The notes under the pieces are model-generated. The model saw nothing but the letters and a program-made list of their open reading frames with translations. It had not been told where the DNA came from and searched no databases. A stretch of DNA of 64,000 nt, from NCBI GenBank assembly GCA_963806185.1, contig CAWDXE010000001.1, forward strand, positions 448,001-512,000. Reading direction: 5' to 3'. The translations under genes and the position numbers were made by a program. This DNA is from an uncultured candidate division Zixibacteria bacterium. GTDB taxonomy: Bacteria > Zixibacteria > MSB-5A5 > GN15 > FEB-12. Below, in pieces: positions 32,582 through 41,714 of this stretch (within the stretch, counting starts at the first letter, position 1; every line of letters starts with the position of its first letter).

Positions 32582-32728
32582 CTACTTGATCAGCAGGGCC
32601 CGCAACACGAACGGAATCAGAATCATCGCGTACGCGGCTTGTCGTTTCCATGAGCGCTCCGAAAACATCTCTGTACCGAACACTACTATCAGATAAATGA
32701 TGATCGCTATATGCAACCAGAATAACAT
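32582..32728 (-). CDS. 48-aa two-TM membrane peptide (not in ORF track)
   Basis: MLFWLHIAIIIYLIVVFGTEMFSERSWKRQAAYAMILIPFVLRALLIK; TGATG coupling to the permease stop; GGGGAG RBS. Confidence 0.75.
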   Translation of the reverse strand: MLFWLHIAIIIYLIVVFGTEMFSERSWKRQAAYAMILIPFVLRALLIK

Positions 32729-34014
32729 CAGTATCTCCCCTGGCTGACAAAATTCAGTGCCACGGCGATCTCCTCTGCGAAAATCACGATCAACAGCGCA
32801 ACCGTAGCTGCCGCGGTCATTGGAATCAGGCTTTGCTTCAGGATCGCAAACGGATTCTTCTCACCGACTATCTGTCCGGCGTAGGCACACAGCAGGGTCG
32901 GTGGCGGCATTAGATCCCCAAGCGCAGCCATAAGCGCCAGCCCGGCGGTGACGATGATCGCGTTCTTGGTCACAAACACGAAAACCAGCGGCACTCCGAT
33001 GACCGAGGCGGAGGCATAGGCCGAACCCATAAACGGCATGATCAATACCGCCAGATACTTGAATTGATCCGGAAGCAATAATGCGCTGGTCGCCAGGTAT
33101 CCGCGTACGCCGGTGAGGGTCATGATCTGAAGGAACATCCCTACTCCCACCAGGATCGCCATGACCGGCATCGCGGAACGAATCCCCTCACGGGAGACCG
33201 TCAGAAAATTGAACTTCTGCCCGGTACCCAGGGCGGTCAAGGCGCCTATCATGAATGCCAGCGGAACGCCAAGATGCGGGATCTTTGCCGGCAGGATTCG
33301 CTCGATGATCAGATAGCCAACCACCACCACCAACGGTATGAACAATTTCAGCCCAAACTGCGAATAGACCGGTTGGGCGAGCTGAGCCAGCACTGCCTTA
33401 ATCTCAAAGTCTTTCAGGTAACGATAGCGATAGAACACAGCCAGAAGGATAGCCAGTGGAAAAGTCGCCAACAGGAGCGGGATTTCGAATCCAATGTACG
33501 GCATGTCAACTCCGCCCCCGATTATCATGACCGGAATGCAGATCGGCGGCGCAACCTCTCCAAGAACTGCCGCCATGGCAATCAGGGATCCCACCGCTAT
33601 TCGCGGCATCCCCATCGCCAGCAACCCCGGGGCAACCAGCGCTCCGGTAGTCAGGATGCAGGCCGACGACAATCCGGTGAGCATCCCCGGGAACATGACG
33701 AAGAAAGTTATGACGATCATCAGAAGCGTCGGCCGGCGATAGAGCGTCTTGATCAGTCCGTAGTTGATCGTGCCCAGTGCCCCGGTCGCGTCGACCACTC
33801 GCATATACACCATTGCTGTCGCAATGATCAATATCGCCTCCAGAAAGCCGAATGATCCCTCTACCAAGTGCCGGACGGGAAATCCTTCTCCTCCAACTAC
33901 GCCTCCCACTACCGCTCCTAACATGAGCGACAATCCGGCGGGAAGCTTGAACAGGAATACCCCGAAGGCGAACGTCGCCAGCATCGCGAGAAGTATGATC
34001 AGTTCAAAGCTCAT
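32728..34014 (-). CDS. TRAP large-subunit (DctM-like, IT superfamily) permease
   Basis: 428 aa polytopic; RHLVEG, FPGMLTG, APPICIP, DLMPPP. Confidence 0.8.
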   Translation of the reverse strand: MSFELIILLAMLATFAFGVFLFKLPAGLSLMLGAVVGGVVGGEGFPVRHLVEGSFGFLEAILIIATAMVYMRVVDATGALGTINYGLIKTLYRRPTLLMIVITFFVMFPGMLTGLSSACILTTGALVAPGLLAMGMPRIAVGSLIAMAAVLGEVAPPICIPVMIIGGGVDMPYIGFEIPLLLATFPLAILLAVFYRYRYLKDFEIKAVLAQLAQPVYSQFGLKLFIPLVVVVGYLIIERILPAKIPHLGVPLAFMIGALTALGTGQKFNFLTVSREGIRSAMPVMAILVGVGMFLQIMTLTGVRGYLATSALLLPDQFKYLAVLIMPFMGSAYASASVIGVPLVFVFVTKNAIIVTAGLALMAALGDLMPPPTLLCAYAGQIVGEKNPFAILKQSLIPMTAAATVALLIVIFAEEIAVALNFVSQGRY

Positions 34015-34087
34015 TGACGCCTTGTGTCCAAATCGGTTCGTTTGGCGTCGCTTGCCTGACCTCAGCTCCGCAAGTGACGCCGATGCC

Positions 34088-35377
34088 TTAGAATTGCACC
34101 TGCAATTCAGTCATAAAGCGCGTTTTCGCTACGCGGTCTTCCGACCAGGTGACGGCGCCGCTGTTGTTGACATCCCGATCCTCGCCGTTCGGATAGTTCT
34201 TCGCAATACGGAACTGCAGTCGGGCTTGTGGCGAGACTTCGTAATACACCATCATCGCCAATTCGTCGTCCATCGTGTTGTAGTCATCGTTGTTGACGTA
34301 TTCGCTGACGGCGGTGTATTGTATCTGAAAGCGCACCTGTTTCATTTGGCGGGGTATGAGGTACAGCCGCGAGTACCAGATGCGACTTCCCTCGGGATTG
34401 AATCCATTGTAGGGGTAATCGCCGCCGATGGCGCCATCCACGTATCCTGCCCGACTGCCCCAGTAGAATCCCGGGTAGGCCGGGCTGAATATCTCCGTCT
34501 TCTCCGTCGTGGCATCGTTCCCTTGATAGGCCGCATAGCGGGTCTCAGCTTTCACGGAACGGAACGGACCCCACGCCCAGCGGTAGCTGATCCCGGCCAT
34601 ATAACCTATGCCACCCTTGTCCGGCAGACCGGAAAGCGTATTGAACTTCTGGCCGGCCAATTCGGCGAAATATTGGAGGCGATTGCGCATGAAATTGCCG
34701 CTCGCTCCGCCGCCGACGACATAGTGATCATTGAAGTCGCCGCGCAACCGGTCGTATACGTAATACCCCATGACCGTCTGATTTCCGAACGCTCGCGAGA
34801 GTCGGGCGATATACAGTTGATCGCTTCCGGGGTCAGGGTAGAGGCCGCTTGCACTCAACGTCTGCTCGGTGATGGCGCCAAACAATGAAAGGGTGTAGGC
34901 GCGGTAGGCCATGTCAAAGCGGATCGCGTCGAACTTGTCGAAATACTCAACCGATTCGCCCTGTACCAGCCCTTCGCCCAAGGGGAATTGCTGGCGCCCG
35001 ACGCGCGCACGAAACAGATCGAAAACGAGGAATTTCGGCTGTACCAGTTCCGCGTATAGCTGGCTGATACCATACTGCATCTTGCCGGTTCCGGCTATAT
35101 TGCGCACCGGTGAAACCGGGCTGCTCTCGCTGAAAACGGTTAACTCAGAAAATACCGAGGCATTCCGATTTACCTGCGCCTTGGTCCGGACTCTGGCGAG
35201 ATACCGCAAATAGTTTTCCGTTCCTCGATCATCAAGGGCATCCGAGAACCGGTCACTGTACGCCCGAAGCCGGAAGTCGCCTTCGGTCGTGATCTGCTGA
35301 GATCGTCCATCAACGCTCATCAGAACGAGAAACCCCGCGACGAGCAAGCTCGAAATGTGTCGATAATGCCAGTTCAT
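34088..35377 (-). CDS. outer-membrane porin (alginate-export-like)
   Basis: Signal peptide, GDFRLR, RVGRQQF, FDAIR, terminal ELQVQF. Confidence 0.7.
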   Translation of the reverse strand: MNWHYRHISSLLVAGFLVLMSVDGRSQQITTEGDFRLRAYSDRFSDALDDRGTENYLRYLARVRTKAQVNRNASVFSELTVFSESSPVSPVRNIAGTGKMQYGISQLYAELVQPKFLVFDLFRARVGRQQFPLGEGLVQGESVEYFDKFDAIRFDMAYRAYTLSLFGAITEQTLSASGLYPDPGSDQLYIARLSRAFGNQTVMGYYVYDRLRGDFNDHYVVGGGASGNFMRNRLQYFAELAGQKFNTLSGLPDKGGIGYMAGISYRWAWGPFRSVKAETRYAAYQGNDATTEKTEIFSPAYPGFYWGSRAGYVDGAIGGDYPYNGFNPEGSRIWYSRLYLIPRQMKQVRFQIQYTAVSEYVNNDDYNTMDDELAMMVYYEVSPQARLQFRIAKNYPNGEDRDVNNSGAVTWSEDRVAKTRFMTELQVQF

Positions 35378-35387
35378 GGTGTTAACC

Positions 35388-37244
35388 TCATTCCTGCGTA
35401 AAGGTAATGCCCGTCGGTTGAGCGTTGCCCCGGTTTGGCACTTCATATGTCTTCAGCACGGTGCCGTTGGTTGACACCTGGAAGATGTAGTCGAACTCGA
35501 ACGTGCTGTTGGCGATCCAGAAATTGGCGCCATCCCACGCCATGCCGGTGGCATACCGATCGGACGTTGTGCCGTTGGGTGGAATCGGTGTCACGAATTG
35601 CGCCGTCCAGGTGCTGGTTCCGAAATCGTATTGATACACCGAGTCCAGCTGGTAGTCATTGCAGTACAGATGGCCGTCCGCATACACAATGCCTCGCGCC
35701 TCGACTCCGGGCGTTCCAATCGAATCCAGCACCGCGCCGGTCAACGTATCCATTTTGTAGATGTGTGCGGAGGTGCTGTTGCAGGCCCACAAGTACTCGC
35801 CGTCGAAAGCCAGATCCCTGATCACGCCCGATGCCGCCGGCGGCGCCGTAAACGTCCGGGTTGAACTCAACGTTGCGCCCGACGTATTGAGGCGCATGAC
35901 CGCATCGTCCGTGCCGCCCGCGCTTATCCAGATGTAGGTGCCGTCGTAGGTCAGACCCTGCGTCGAGCCACCCGGAGCGACACCGAGGGTGCTCCATCCG
36001 GCGACGATTGAGTCGTTGCTCACCTTGACCTTGTAGAGCGAATCCGAGTACGCGTCGGTAAACCAGAGATACCCGGCATTCGGATCGACATTGAGTATGG
36101 TAAACACCCCTGTACCCACGGCCACCTGACCGTCGGGATTGGTCACCGTAACATCCCGCGCACCGAACTCGGCATCGTCGGTGATTTCTATATCCGCGCG
36201 GATCGCCGATCCGCTCTGGAAGACCGCCGTTTGTACCACAATGCCCGCCCCGAATGACACTTCGAGGCCCGATCCGGGCAGGAAGTGCGCACCGTTGATC
36301 ACGACCGACAACACCGCTCCGCGGGTTCCCGTATTGGGCGATACGCCTGTCACTTCGGGAGCCGGAGCTATGCGCGCATCTTTGGTAGACCAGACAATCG
36401 GCCCCGGCGTATCAAACGAAAGTTCGATACGATTCAACTCCATACCGTTTTGCTTGAGTTCGTAGAGATAGTCCGCCACGCTGCTCGAATTGATCAGCCA
36501 AAACTGGCGGCCATCAAAAGAAAGTCCGTTCGGAAAGATGTAGGATGCCCCTGCCGGCGGCTGAGGTGCCTTGAAAGCGCCTTGAAAGACCTGCTTGTCC
36601 GGCCGGAAGGCATACACCGAGTCCAGGGTGACATCCGCGATATACAGTCCGGCGTCGAGGCCTGAACCATAGGCGTCAGAATTGGCGCCTACATAACACA
36701 ACCCGCGCGGCTCCGGACCGGGAAGAGCAATCTCTGAAAGTACGCTGCCGTCGTCCGGGTTTAACTTATAGAGAGTAGGGGGAGTACCATATGTCTCTGA
36801 ACCGCTGTTGAGTGCCCACAGATACGAGCCATCCCAGGCGATATCACGGACAGTCCCTCGACCAGTCGGCGGCGCATCAAACGAATTTAATACCACAAGT
36901 GAATCGGTGCTTGCGTCCACGCGGTAAATCAGGTCCGCCCCGCCGGCAACAGACAACCAAAGGTTGCTGCCGTCAAAGGTGATCCCCTGAAAACTCGTCG
37001 TCTCGATCAAACTCTCCAGCGACCAGGAAGCGACCAGCTCAAGATTCCGGTCAAACATCTTCAGGGTGTACGAACCGTTGTCGATGCAATAAAAGTACCC
37101 CGCTTCCGAAGTAATTCCCGCGTCTTGGTCCCCGTCGTTCACGAACAGACTGTCGCATGACGCCAAGGCTAAAAGCGTCCAGAGCGCCAAACCGAGTGCT
37201 CCGACACGGTACGCCAATGATGACCTGTTCAACCTGCCCTCCAA
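35388..37244 (-). CDS. surface lipoprotein: two beta-propeller-like modules around an IPT/TIG domain
   Basis: Lipobox LALASC; repeated (G/D)(I/L/M).(F/W/Y)DG..(L/F/I)W blades; PEVTGVSP...RDVTVTNPDG. Confidence 0.75.
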   Translation of the reverse strand: MEGRLNRSSLAYRVGALGLALWTLLALASCDSLFVNDGDQDAGITSEAGYFYCIDNGSYTLKMFDRNLELVASWSLESLIETTSFQGITFDGSNLWLSVAGGADLIYRVDASTDSLVVLNSFDAPPTGRGTVRDIAWDGSYLWALNSGSETYGTPPTLYKLNPDDGSVLSEIALPGPEPRGLCYVGANSDAYGSGLDAGLYIADVTLDSVYAFRPDKQVFQGAFKAPQPPAGASYIFPNGLSFDGRQFWLINSSSVADYLYELKQNGMELNRIELSFDTPGPIVWSTKDARIAPAPEVTGVSPNTGTRGAVLSVVINGAHFLPGSGLEVSFGAGIVVQTAVFQSGSAIRADIEITDDAEFGARDVTVTNPDGQVAVGTGVFTILNVDPNAGYLWFTDAYSDSLYKVKVSNDSIVAGWSTLGVAPGGSTQGLTYDGTYIWISAGGTDDAVMRLNTSGATLSSTRTFTAPPAASGVIRDLAFDGEYLWACNSTSAHIYKMDTLTGAVLDSIGTPGVEARGIVYADGHLYCNDYQLDSVYQYDFGTSTWTAQFVTPIPPNGTTSDRYATGMAWDGANFWIANSTFEFDYIFQVSTNGTVLKTYEVPNRGNAQPTGITFTQE

Positions 37245-37356
37245 TCGGCTACTATTCTTATGCCGTCAACTGGCCAGCAGTCGGTACGGCAGCTGTTTTT
37301 CCTATCACCAGTCTGTTGCCACAGACATCGGACCTGGGATTCCGCAATTGGCCTAC

Positions 37357-37371
37357 ACAATATGCGTGCCA
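37357..37371 (-). promoter_or_regulatory. sigma-54 -24/-12-like promoter for the PGA operon
   Basis: Minus strand TGGCACGCATATTGT, ~115 bp upstream of the first gene, next to a divergent sigma-54 activator pair. Confidence 0.6.
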
Positions 37372-37647
37372 AAGTGCTCCGCTTCCCGTGGCCACACACT
37401 TAAGCTCAATTAACGAGTGTGGATATGGCCGTCCAGATATACTTGAAATATCCTATTATTGTGCTATACTAGCTCATATTGATGGGCGCAAATAGCCCGA
37501 AATCGCCGCATGGAGAGCCCGTCTGCCTGTGACTCCATGGCTCTTAGACTTGGGCATGGGAATTGTAAGCGGTCTCTCGGGACCAATGACGGCCGGGGTC
37601 GGGAATCGGCATCGGGTCGGCAAGGTGACCGTAAGTGCAAGGCAAAT

Positions 37648-39204
37648 ATGAGCTTTTTCAATATCCACCGCCGGGCGATCATACTCTCGACGATTTTCGT
37701 TATTCTTGCCCTTCTTCTGGTGGTGATCACCGACTTCTCCCTTGAGAAGTGGCGTCAGGACGTCATTCGCTCCAATACTGACCTGGCTGTTGAGTCTGCG
37801 GCTTTGCTTCACAGCGCCTCAAATTCGGTAATTGACAGCCTGGCTAAAATTGGTGTTCTCGATGCATCAATAGAATCAGTCGACGCCAAACAAGCTCTGG
37901 ACCTTCACCTCAAGGCATTATCCGACAGTATCTTCGCTCCGAGAGAAGGGATGGAGGGGGGACTCTTTTTGGTGCGACTCAATGAGTTTTTCGGCTATGC
38001 CTTTCCGACTTCGCCCCCGCCGATTCCGGTATATGGCCCACCACCGAGATCCCATGCACTGATCTTGGCTCAGGTCCGTCGAACTATCGAGACGGGTGAG
38101 CCGATCGTCGATCTCCACCAATTTGACCCGGCCGTCTTCCCTTTGGCGACTGAACCGATCGAAAGCCAAGGGAGAATCGTCGCGGTGGCTTGGGCACGCA
38201 CGCATATCGAAAGGGATTTCCCCGCCGCTAAGTTGCGGGAGGTCATCAACGTCGGAGCACTCATTGCGCTGCTCGGATTCTCTGTCGCACTCATCATTTC
38301 GGTGACCCAGTATCGCGAGATCCAGCGGATGCGTCGCGATCTCGAACGGGTACAGGATGGCGACGCAGAGACGATCGAGGAGGGAAAAGGAACTCTGGGA
38401 GTGATCGCCAACGCGATCAATATCATGCTTCGCACGATGCGCCTGGACAACTCCCGCCGTGAACAATTGGAACGGGAGTTGCATCACAAAGAGAAGATGG
38501 CGTCGCTTGGCCGTGTGATCGCCGGTGTGGCCCATGAAGTGAAAACGCCTCTCGCGATCATCAAAACAAGGACCCAAATGTGGCAACATTCGTTGCGGGA
38601 TCTCACTGGCTCGGACCAGGAGCGGAGTGTGATCTCCGACGATTCGCTGCAATTGGTGGTGACCGAGGTCGATCGGCTGTCGGAACTGGTGAAAAGACTG
38701 CTGGTCTTTTCCAAACCTCAGCCAATAAAACTGGAGTCGACCGATATCACGGCCGTGCTTCGGCAAACCCTCGCTCTGCTGGATATGCGGAGCGGAAAAC
38801 GTCAAGTCGAGCTGGTGACTGCCTTCGCCGACGATCTGCCGCAGATCCGGGCTGATCGCAGTGCGCTCCAGCAAGTCTTTATGAATGTACTGATGAACTC
38901 ATTTGAAGCAATTTCCGGTTCGGGCCGAATCATCGTAGCGACCAGCTTTGACTCAGTGCGCAAGATCGGTACGGTGACCATCCGGGACACCGGTTGCGGT
39001 ATTCCCGAGGAATTGAACGCCAAGGTCTTTGATCCCTTCGTCACGACCAAGAAAAAGGGATTCGGATTAGGACTGTCCATCTCCTATGAGATTGTGGCAT
39101 CACATGGGGGGACGATCAAACTGCATCCCGACGAATCCGGAGGAACCGTCTGCACTATCGAACTGCCGGCGCAACCGACAAAGGACCTGCATGAGAAGGG
39201 CTAA
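37648..39204 (+). CDS. membrane sensor histidine kinase
   Basis: Two TMs; AGVAHEVKTPL H-box; QVFMNVLMNS, DTGCGI, GFGLGL. Confidence 0.95.
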   Translation: MSFFNIHRRAIILSTIFVILALLLVVITDFSLEKWRQDVIRSNTDLAVESAALLHSASNSVIDSLAKIGVLDASIESVDAKQALDLHLKALSDSIFAPREGMEGGLFLVRLNEFFGYAFPTSPPPIPVYGPPPRSHALILAQVRRTIETGEPIVDLHQFDPAVFPLATEPIESQGRIVAVAWARTHIERDFPAAKLREVINVGALIALLGFSVALIISVTQYREIQRMRRDLERVQDGDAETIEEGKGTLGVIANAINIMLRTMRLDNSRREQLERELHHKEKMASLGRVIAGVAHEVKTPLAIIKTRTQMWQHSLRDLTGSDQERSVISDDSLQLVVTEVDRLSELVKRLLVFSKPQPIKLESTDITAVLRQTLALLDMRSGKRQVELVTAFADDLPQIRADRSALQQVFMNVLMNSFEAISGSGRIIVATSFDSVRKIGTVTIRDTGCGIPEELNAKVFDPFVTTKKKGFGLGLSISYEIVASHGGTIKLHPDESGGTVCTIELPAQPTKDLHEKG

Positions 39205-40576
39205 ACGGATACTGATCGTTGACGACGAAGTGTCAATGCGGAAAAACCTGGTCGATCTGCTCTCCAGCCGGGGATACAGCGTAACTGAGGCCGGCGATGG
39301 GCTCGAAGCGTTACAGGCGGTCTCAGACAATCGCTTTGACCTCGTCCTGCTCGATCTCAATCTCCCCGGTATGGATGGTATCACAGCACTGGGTGAGATT
39401 CGCAATTCACAGCCGGATCTTCCGGTGATCATTTTCACCGCTTACGGAACGAGCGAGCGGGCGATCCGGGCGATGAAGGCGGGCGCCTACGACTACATGG
39501 AGAAACCGTTTGAGCTCGACGAGTTCATGCTGATAGTCCAGCGAGCCGCGGAGTATTCGGAGTTGCTATCAGAGGTTCGAGAACTGAGGAGCAAAGTTTC
39601 GACCATAACGGACAAGTCGAATGTACAGATCATCGGCAGCAGCCCCGCCATGAAGGACATTTTCAAGTTGATTGGCCGTGTCTCCGGCACCGACGCGACC
39701 GTGTTGATCCAGGGTGGCAGCGGCACGGGCAAGGAGCTCATCGCGGATGCCATCCAGCGGCACTCCCGACGGGCGGAAAAGCCGTATGTCAAAGTGCACT
39801 GTGGTGCCTTCTCGGAGAGTGTGCTCGAGAGTGAGATCTTTGGTCATGAAAAGGGAGCGTTTACGGGCGCCATCTCTCAGCACCAGGGGAGATTCGAACT
39901 GGCGGACGGTGGAACGGTATTTCTCGACGAGATCAATACCATGTCGCCCGGGTTGCAGATTCGTTTGCTTCGCGTGCTCCAGGACAAGATGTTTTATCGG
40001 GTGGGGGGAGAGACGCCGGTGCGCGTCGACGTGAGAGTCATTGCGGCGGCCTCCAATGATGTCGGCGACGAGGTACGCCACGGCCGGTTTCGCGAGGACC
40101 TCTTCTATCGCCTGAATGTCGTTCAGATCAATATCCCGCCACTCCTGGAACGCCGCGAAGATATACCATTCCTGGCGCGGCACTTCCTTCAGAAATACAG
40201 TCCCGATCGGGAACTGATGGTAACCGATCGCGATATGGCGACACTTCTGGCGTACAACTGGCCGGGCAATGTGCGCGAGTTGGAGAATACCATCCAGAGC
40301 GCCATTGTTCTGGCTCGCGAAAATGTTATCAACATCGGAGCGCTCCCCGTTCCGAGCCGTGGTATGTCGGGGGTCATATCGCTGGAGAAGCAGTTGGAGC
40401 AAGGAGTATCCCTGAGGGATATCTTGGCCAAAACTGAGAAAGATCTCATCCGGACGGCGTTAATTAAATCCAACTGGAACCGGACGCGGGCGGCCCAGTA
40501 CCTCGGAATTCATCGTCGGCTTCTCTATTCGAAAATGCAGGAGTACGGAATCCTGGAGACAGGCACTACGGATTAG
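39191..40576 (+). CDS. sigma-54-dependent response regulator (NtrC/AtoC family)
   Basis: REC; GGSGTGKE; HEKGAFTGA; FREDLFYRL; Fis-type HTH. Confidence 0.96.
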   Translation: MRRAKRILIVDDEVSMRKNLVDLLSSRGYSVTEAGDGLEALQAVSDNRFDLVLLDLNLPGMDGITALGEIRNSQPDLPVIIFTAYGTSERAIRAMKAGAYDYMEKPFELDEFMLIVQRAAEYSELLSEVRELRSKVSTITDKSNVQIIGSSPAMKDIFKLIGRVSGTDATVLIQGGSGTGKELIADAIQRHSRRAEKPYVKVHCGAFSESVLESEIFGHEKGAFTGAISQHQGRFELADGGTVFLDEINTMSPGLQIRLLRVLQDKMFYRVGGETPVRVDVRVIAAASNDVGDEVRHGRFREDLFYRLNVVQINIPPLLERREDIPFLARHFLQKYSPDRELMVTDRDMATLLAYNWPGNVRELENTIQSAIVLARENVINIGALPVPSRGMSGVISLEKQLEQGVSLRDILAKTEKDLIRTALIKSNWNRTRAAQYLGIHRRLLYSKMQEYGILETGTTD

Positions 40577-40603
40577 CCCTCGCCCGGTACGCTGACACGA
40601 AGC

Positions 40604-40618
40604 TAAAGCTCCCCGAAC
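40604..40618 (+). repeat. att-like direct repeat, right boundary of PGA island
   Basis: taaagctccccgaac, 28 bp after the regulator stop. Confidence 0.7.
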
Positions 40619-40728
40619 CGTGCGGAACTCAGAACTTTTGAGTTAGTGCTGCAATTGTGAAGTCACTAACTCAAGGGCCGGACAAGGACTTGGCTTCCAA
40701 GGGGCAAGGTCGTCATTCCAAAGGCCGC

Positions 40729-40754
40729 AAAAGGTCGACGGCCATCGACCTTTT
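40729..40754. terminator. bidirectional terminator-like hairpin
   Basis: aaaaggtcga-cggcca-tcgacctttt between convergent genes. Confidence 0.6.
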
Positions 40755-40790
40755 CATTGGCGCACTCGTGGCGTCACGCTCTGACTCCCA

Positions 40791-41615
40791 TCAGTGACGT
40801 TCAGGTGGCTTTGAGTCTACCGAATCCCGTTTTCGTGAACTCAATGTACTATCCAAATCGGGTTGACTCTTGATCCTAGGAAAGTTGTCCATGAAAATAA
40901 GGTCACCAGTAACCGCGTTAATTAGGGTGCGCCCACGGTTGCGCTTATATTTGGGTAGGCCAGGATGAGGATGGATCTCCATAAACTCAATACCCCGTCC
41001 AATAATCGACCACACCACGATTGGTGTATCTGCATGCAGCTTGATGATATAACACGAGGCCTCGATCTCTTTTGCCGCAAGTGGCTTTGACCCCGTGGCA
41101 CGCTTAAGAGCTTCATAGAAACTGATTGGGGGTGGAGAAGGTGGTAGTCCAAGTATGGGCTCACCGCGCAATCTCATCTCCATCTCCACGTCGATTGCGG
41201 GGGGCTCGGGGGCAAGCTCTGGGTCTGGGGTTTGTACCCTGGAATAAACGCGTATAAGCTGACCGGTAGCCGAGTCGAAAAGCACATGATATGTCTTGAC
41301 TCGCTGATTTTGCAAGACCGAAGCGGGCCAATTGGCGAAATCAAGATAAACACTATCATACGTGACCTTCCAAACCGTCGATGGCGCCGAAGTATGCCCC
41401 ACGGCAACTGCTTCACTTGCGCCGTGCAATAATTCCACCGTCGGATTCTGCTGCTCGGGTGACACGCCTGTCACGAAGTCCGAGCCCAAATACTCTTCAA
41501 CCCTCGCGATCGCCTGGGTCGAAGAGGCAACCGAGTGACCGAGCGATACCTCTCCGGCATATGCACACACGACAAGTTGAATCATAGCAATCGAATGGAC
41601 GAACAACTTAGCCAT
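40791..41615 (-). CDS. hypothetical exported protein
   Basis: ORF with a signal-like N-terminus; PepSY-like W.V...DA.TG.L motifs twice. Confidence 0.6.
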   Translation of the reverse strand: MAKLFVHSIAMIQLVVCAYAGEVSLGHSVASSTQAIARVEEYLGSDFVTGVSPEQQNPTVELLHGASEAVAVGHTSAPSTVWKVTYDSVYLDFANWPASVLQNQRVKTYHVLFDSATGQLIRVYSRVQTPDPELAPEPPAIDVEMEMRLRGEPILGLPPSPPPISFYEALKRATGSKPLAAKEIEASCYIIKLHADTPIVVWSIIGRGIEFMEIHPHPGLPKYKRNRGRTLINAVTGDLIFMDNFPRIKSQPDLDSTLSSRKRDSVDSKPPERH

Positions 41616-41714
41616 GTCTGCACCAATTAGGCTCGGTACGCGGAGATTGGGGACGCTCACGAAAATGGGCAAGAGCACTCTGAACAGTCACTCAATGTCG
41701 CACCGTATTCCCTG

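Larger units (their letters stand above)
15599..40618. mobile_element. putative genomic island carrying the poly-gamma-glutamate system
   Basis: Exact 15-bp direct repeats enclose the whole cluster plus its regulators; no integrase seen in the window. Confidence 0.55.

Noticed and set aside
32550..32750. N-terminal extension of the deacylase ORF given in the track
   Set aside because: The interval is better explained by the 48-aa membrane peptide in another frame with its own RBS.
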